NCBI GenBank assembly: GCA_046045965.1
Contig: JBJOKS010000018.1
Span: 1-64,000, forward strand
Direction of reading: 5' to 3'
DNA: 64,000 nucleotides
Origin: Cyanobacteriota bacterium
Lineage (GTDB): Bacteria > Cyanobacteriota > Cyanobacteriia > Cyanobacteriales > Nostocaceae
Below the pieces are notes generated by a model that made no database searches, was not told the DNA's origin, and was given only the letters and a program-made list of their open reading frames with translations. The translations under genes were made by a program, and so were the position numbers. This document shows, piece by piece, positions 59,600 through 64,000 of the stretch (positions are counted from its first letter, which is position 1; the number at the start of each line of letters is the position of its first letter).

Positions 59600-61048
59600 T
59601 TAATCCCTGACAATTTGATTAACTATTGTGCCATCTTTTGCCACTAATTCTATTAGTACAGGCATTTGTCCCACCGCATGAGTAGAACAACTTAAACAAG
59701 GATCAAAAGCCCGAATACCAGCCTCCACACGGTTTAACATTCCTTCTTTAATTTCACTACCTTGGATAAAATAACGGGCAATTTGAGCAACTGTACGATT
59801 CATTGCTAAGTTATTTTGACCAGTTGCAATAATTAAATTTACCTTCAACATCAAACCATTTTCATCAACTTGATAATGATGGAATAAAGTCCCCCTTGGT
59901 GCTTCACTCACACCCACAGCTTCTAATTGATTAATACCAGCTTCCGCACGCAGACGAGTTGATAAAATCTCTGGGTCATCAAGTAAAATTTCGATGTGTT
60001 CAATACAAGCCAAAATTTCAATTAACCGCGCATAGTGATAAAAGAAAGAAGATTTTACCGTACCAGTTCCATAACTGCGAAATTCTTTTAATTCCTTATC
60101 AGCTAAAGGTGTACCAATGTGACTGCAAATATTCAATCTTGCTAAAGGTCCAACCCGATACATTCCACTATCTAAACGACAATGATCACTTGTGTCTGGA
60201 TAGCCTAAAGGACGATAGTAAGGAGATTTCAAATAAGAATCTTCTTGAACTGCTTCACCAAGAAATTCTTGATAATTAGCAGCATCTAATTTATCAGCAA
60301 CTATGTTTCCCGCACTATCAACAAAACGGATATGTCCATCATAAGTTTCCCATAAACCTTCTGATGTGACTAACCCCATAAATAAACTAGGGAAATTACC
60401 AAAAGTTTGCGCTTCTTTTTCGTAATCTTTTAACAAGCCCTTAAATAAATCTATGGCATTTAAAACAGTGGTTTTAGCTTCAGGAATACGTTGTTGAATG
60501 TGAGTGCGATTTTCTTGGGTTAAAGGATCACTAACTCCACCAGGAACCGCCCAAGAAGGATGGATTTTTTTCCCTCCTAATAATTCAATAATTTCTTGTC
60601 CAAATTGCCGTAAACGAATACCACCTCTGGCTAATTCTGGATCTGCGGCTATCAAACCAAATACGTTACGGTTAGCAGGTTCGCTATCCATTCCTAATAA
60701 TAAATCTGGGGCGCTAAGGTGAAAGAAACTCAAAGCATGAGATTGGACAATTTGCCCTAAATTCATTAAACGGCGTAATTTTGTAGCGGTTTTGGGGATA
60801 GTTACAGCCAGAATTTGGTCGCCTGTTTTTGCTGATGCTAACAAATGGCTTACCGGACAAATACCGCAAATTCTCGCAGTAATTCCTGGCATTTCTGGAA
60901 ACGGACGACCCACACAAAACTTTTCAAAACCGCGAAATTCTGTCACATGAAACCGCGCATCATTTACTTGACCGTCATCGTCTAAATAAATGCTAATTTT
61001 CGCGTGTCCTTCAATGCGAGTAACCGGATCAATAATTATTTTTTTCAT
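59600..61048 (-). CDS. hoxH: Bidirectional NiFe hydrogenase large subunit
   Basis: [16 protein letters not shown] (L1), DPCLSCSTH (L2); start at ATG 61048 (MKKIII). Confidence 0.97.
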   Translation of the reverse strand: MKKIIIDPVTRIEGHAKISIYLDDDGQVNDARFHVTEFRGFEKFCVGRPFPEMPGITARICGICPVSHLLASAKTGDQILAVTIPKTATKLRRLMNLGQIVQSHALSFFHLSAPDLLLGMDSEPANRNVFGLIAADPELARGGIRLRQFGQEIIELLGGKKIHPSWAVPGGVSDPLTQENRTHIQQRIPEAKTTVLNAIDLFKGLLKDYEKEAQTFGNFPSLFMGLVTSEGLWETYDGHIRFVDSAGNIVADKLDAANYQEFLGEAVQEDSYLKSPYYRPLGYPDTSDHCRLDSGMYRVGPLARLNICSHIGTPLADKELKEFRSYGTGTVKSSFFYHYARLIEILACIEHIEILLDDPEILSTRLRAEAGINQLEAVGVSEAPRGTLFHHYQVDENGLMLKVNLIIATGQNNLAMNRTVAQIARYFIQGSEIKEGMLNRVEAGIRAFDPCLSCSTHAVGQMPVLIELVAKDGTIVNQIVRD

Positions 61049-61132
61049 AAGAGACTGGGGACTGGGGACTGGGGACTGGGGACTGGGAATTACTATTTTC
61101 TCAATCCCCAATTATGAATTACGAATTATCAA

Positions 61133-61747
61133 TTACAGATCATAAACCCTAGCTTCTTCGGCTTCTGGATACTCTTCACAGTATTCTTCAAAAGCTGTTT
61201 TTAGGGGTTTCATAGCCCGTTGGTGAGAAATTTCGGCTTGTATTTCTTCTACCACATCCCAAGCGGCTGCACATTCGGGGGAATTAATACCTTTGTCTGC
61301 ACAAACAAGACGGGCTTTTCTAATTTCATCTTGTAATTCTTGTTCTAACAGAATTGAATGAGGTTTTTCTAAAGAACTGCTTCCAGCCAAGATATCAGTT
61401 AATGAGATTATTCCTAATAATTCACCACTAATTACAGGCGCACGCCGCAAATGATGATCAGCAAATAATCTCGCTACATATTCTAAACCCAGACTAGGAT
61501 TAACAACAATGCAAGGTTTAGTCATGATTTCATAGATACGGACTTTATTTGGGTCTTTTCCATAAGCTATAACTTTATAAACAATATCGCTTTCAGTCAC
61601 AATTCCATAAGCATCTTGTTCATGACGACGATCTACAATTAACGCTCTCCAGTCTCTAGCTTTCATTAAATCAACCGCTTCTTTGACTGTAGCAGAACCA
61701 CGAATCATTGCTACATCTTTTGTCATTACATCTGCTGCTGTTAACAT
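61133..61747 (-). CDS. CBS-CP12 fusion protein
   Basis: CBS pair plus CAAAWDVVEE CP12 core and RVYD end. Confidence 0.92.
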   Translation of the reverse strand: MLTAADVMTKDVAMIRGSATVKEAVDLMKARDWRALIVDRRHEQDAYGIVTESDIVYKVIAYGKDPNKVRIYEIMTKPCIVVNPSLGLEYVARLFADHHLRRAPVISGELLGIISLTDILAGSSSLEKPHSILLEQELQDEIRKARLVCADKGINSPECAAAWDVVEEIQAEISHQRAMKPLKTAFEEYCEEYPEAEEARVYDL

Positions 61748-61825
61748 AATTCACCTCTTTAAAAAATAGGGTACTGGGTACTGGGTACTGGGTACTGGGG
61801 ATAATAATTAATTACCAATTACCAA

Positions 61826-62371
61826 TTACCCAAACTTAATCATTTCTCTGCCTTCCATTAGTGGTTTTTCTCCTTTTAATAATGGTTCAAGTGTGGCACG
61901 AATACGGGGGGCTGAAGGTGGACAACCGGGTAAATAAATATCAACTGGTACTACATAATGAACAGGTATAACTGTATCAAGTAATGGGGGAACTATACCA
62001 GGTGAATGGGGAATTTTTTGGTTAATATCAGCACCTTGAATATAAGCTAATTGCAAGCTGACATCAGCATTTCCTGTCGGGTTACGCATGGCGGTTACAT
62101 TACCAGTTACAGCGCAATCTCCAAAGGAAATTATTGTTTTGGTGCGTTGTCTAATAATGTGGATTAATTCTAAATGTTCTTCGTTAGCTATAGCCCCTTC
62201 AACTAATACCACATCCACACCTTCTGGATATTCTTTAATATCAGCAATGGGACTATAAACTACATCCACTTGTTCGGCTAAATCTATTAACCATTCATCC
62301 AAATCAAGAAAAGACATATGACATCCAGAACAACCACCTAACCATACTGTTGCGAATTTAATTTTAGTCAT
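61826..62371 (-). CDS. hoxY: Bidirectional hydrogenase small subunit
   Basis: WLGGCSGCHMS, FGDCA, PGCPP. Confidence 0.96.
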   Translation of the reverse strand: MTKIKFATVWLGGCSGCHMSFLDLDEWLIDLAEQVDVVYSPIADIKEYPEGVDVVLVEGAIANEEHLELIHIIRQRTKTIISFGDCAVTGNVTAMRNPTGNADVSLQLAYIQGADINQKIPHSPGIVPPLLDTVIPVHYVVPVDIYLPGCPPSAPRIRATLEPLLKGEKPLMEGREMIKFG

Positions 62372-62399
62372 TTTTTACCTTGTTAGTAATTTGTTTTTT

Positions 62400-62428
62400 G
62401 TAGGGGTTTAGGATTGCTAAAACCTTAC
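62400..62428. repeat. GTAG-type REP-like palindrome
   Basis: GTAGGGGTTTAGGATTGCTAAAACCTTAC. Confidence 0.7.
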
Positions 62429-62430
62429 TT

Positions 62431-62952
62431 TCAATGATCATTTGTAATTAATGATTTCCATTCTTTAACAACATGAACAGGAACTGAGAGATTAATAGAT
62501 TTGAGACCAGGTAAAGGTATTGCTAAATTTAAAGATTCTGGAGGTAATTGGGGCAGTATTTTAGTGAAATCATATTGACCAATAGTAGGGGCTGGTGCTT
62601 CATCTAAAAACACATCTGCTGCATTCCAAACTTTACCTGTATCTGAGGTGATTTTTAAAGGTTGGGGATGAATTAATTCCGCAGTACCAGGAAAACCAAC
62701 TAACCGGAGATTGATTGTAGTTGCTTCACCAGGATAGACTTGTTTAAATAATACAACCTGCCAAACCTTACCTGATTGATCATCTAATTTTGTTTGTGAG
62801 CGATAAAGAATTTCTCCTGGTATTTCTTCTATTTTGGTAACAACAGCAATTGCACTCTTGAAGGTGAAATTTGCTAAACCCAGGAATATAACTATTGTCA
62901 ATATTCCCAGTAATATCACCCGTAAAAATATTTTTCCAATCCAGTGGAACAT
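62431..62952 (-). CDS. DUF3122 family exported protein inside the hox operon
   Basis: N-terminal signal/TM segment; WQVVLFK...LRLVGFPG...HPQPL. Confidence 0.75.
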   Translation of the reverse strand: MFHWIGKIFLRVILLGILTIVIFLGLANFTFKSAIAVVTKIEEIPGEILYRSQTKLDDQSGKVWQVVLFKQVYPGEATTINLRLVGFPGTAELIHPQPLKITSDTGKVWNAADVFLDEAPAPTIGQYDFTKILPQLPPESLNLAIPLPGLKSINLSVPVHVVKEWKSLITNDH

Positions 62953-63003
62953 CAGATTTACCTCCCGGTAATTGATAAGAAATATTCCCCGGTTCCCAAC
63001 CTT

Positions 63004-63720
63004 CTAAAAATTCCATTGTTTTTTCTCCCTTGCAGTGACTAAAAAATCAATTTTGCCCCGTTCATGTACCATTTCACTGACGCTTGAACCTTTATTAAAC
63101 AGCGCACCTGTGGGACAGGCATTCACACATTTACCACAGGAAGTACAAGTTTGAGAAGTTCCCCAAGGCTGATTTAAATCAGTAATCACGTGAGATTTTG
63201 ATCCTCTTCCTGCCATATCCCAAGTATGTGCGCCTTCGATTTCATCACAGACACGAACACAACGAGTACAAAGTACACAACGATTATGATCAATCCCAAA
63301 ACGGTCATGAGAAGTATCAACGGCACGAACAGGATTTTGATATTCTAATCTGACGTGATCCATACCCATTTCGATAGCTAAATCTTGTAATTCACAATTG
63401 CCATTAGCAACACAAACAGAACAAATGTGATTACCTTCTGCAAATAGCATTTCGATGATTGTACGACGGTATTTTTGCAAGCGATCGCTGTTTGTCGTCA
63501 CCTCCATTCCTTCTGAAACTTTTGTGACACAAGCTGGTAAAAGTCTATTCATCCCCGCAATTTCTACCAAACACAATCTACAAGCTCCCACATCTCCCAC
63601 ACCTTCTAAATGACAAAGTGTAGGAATATGCACACCCGCTTCTTGCGCTGCTTCTAATAAGGTTTCATCCTCACGGGCGCTAATCATTTGCCCGTTAATT
63701 GTTAATGTTTTTACTGTCAT
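63004..63720 (-). CDS. hoxU: Bidirectional hydrogenase diaphorase subunit U
   Basis: IPTLCH...[31 protein letters not shown]. Confidence 0.96.
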   Translation of the reverse strand: MTVKTLTINGQMISAREDETLLEAAQEAGVHIPTLCHLEGVGDVGACRLCLVEIAGMNRLLPACVTKVSEGMEVTTNSDRLQKYRRTIIEMLFAEGNHICSVCVANGNCELQDLAIEMGMDHVRLEYQNPVRAVDTSHDRFGIDHNRCVLCTRCVRVCDEIEGAHTWDMAGRGSKSHVITDLNQPWGTSQTCTSCGKCVNACPTGALFNKGSSVSEMVHERGKIDFLVTAREKKQWNF

Positions 63721-63849
63721 AATAATTTGGTAATGGGTAATGGGTAATTGCTAATTGGTGATTGGTAATTGGTGATAGGGAAGAAAGAATAAACTCTTGC
63801 CTTTTGCCTTTTGCCTCTTGCCTTCTTACTGTTCCCTGTTCCCTGTTCC

Positions 63850-63999
63850 CTATTCCCTAACTAATGCCAAATACTCATCATGGAAATAACGCAAAGTGCT
63901 AAAAACGGGATTTGGTGCAGACTGGCCTAAACCACATAAACTTGTGTGTTTCACCATGTCGCAAAGTTCTTCTAATAATTGCAAATCAGCTTTTGCTGC
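63850..63999 (-). CDS. hoxF: HoxF (NuoF-like) C-terminal end, truncated by the window edge
   Basis: Manual translation ...[41 protein letters not shown]; lies upstream of hoxU. Confidence 0.9.
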   Translation of the reverse strand, partial: AAKADLQLLEELCDMVKHTSLCGLGQSAPNPVFSTLRYFHDEYLALVRE

Positions 64000-64000
64000 T

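Noticed and set aside
61049..61111. N-terminal extension of HoxH ([12 protein letters not shown])
   Set aside because: Encoded by a (GACTGGG)n STRR; the conserved protein starts at MKKIIIDP.

Overview
A 64-kb chromosomal window from a heterocyst-forming cyanobacterium (Nostoc/Anabaena-like), inferred from frequent HIP1 GCGATCGC octamers, 7-nt STRR arrays, a HetP-family gene and SipA. In order, it holds: (1) housekeeping genes (HdrB-like, acpP, fabF, tkt); (2) a signalling block with a degenerate ETR1-like hybrid kinase, a REC-GAF-GGDEF cyclase and a 1959-aa DXCF-cyanobacteriochrome hybrid kinase; (3) a five-gene V4R / MglB / MglA / PATAN(DUF4388) / globin operon; (4) a NarL two-component system divergent from a Spy/CpxP gene; and (5) a ~35-kb fermentation/H2 region (ppk2, ppsA, pyk, pfkA, DHODH-like gene, nifJ, sucrose synthase, GH65-betaPGM, acetate-CoA ligase-GNAT, hoxW, hoxFUYH). 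The strongest signal not explained by the gene calls is a 17-bp direct-repeat box, TCCTCACAASTTCCTCA, found five times by eye. It is always in the sense orientation of the downstream gene and always exactly 11 nt upstream of a -10-like hexamer, which points to a shared regulon for the fermentation genes. Several MITE-like and REP-like elements are present, one with a perfect 8-bp target-site duplication. I saw no rRNA, tRNA or CRISPR array. All calls come from motif recognition; no database searches were run.
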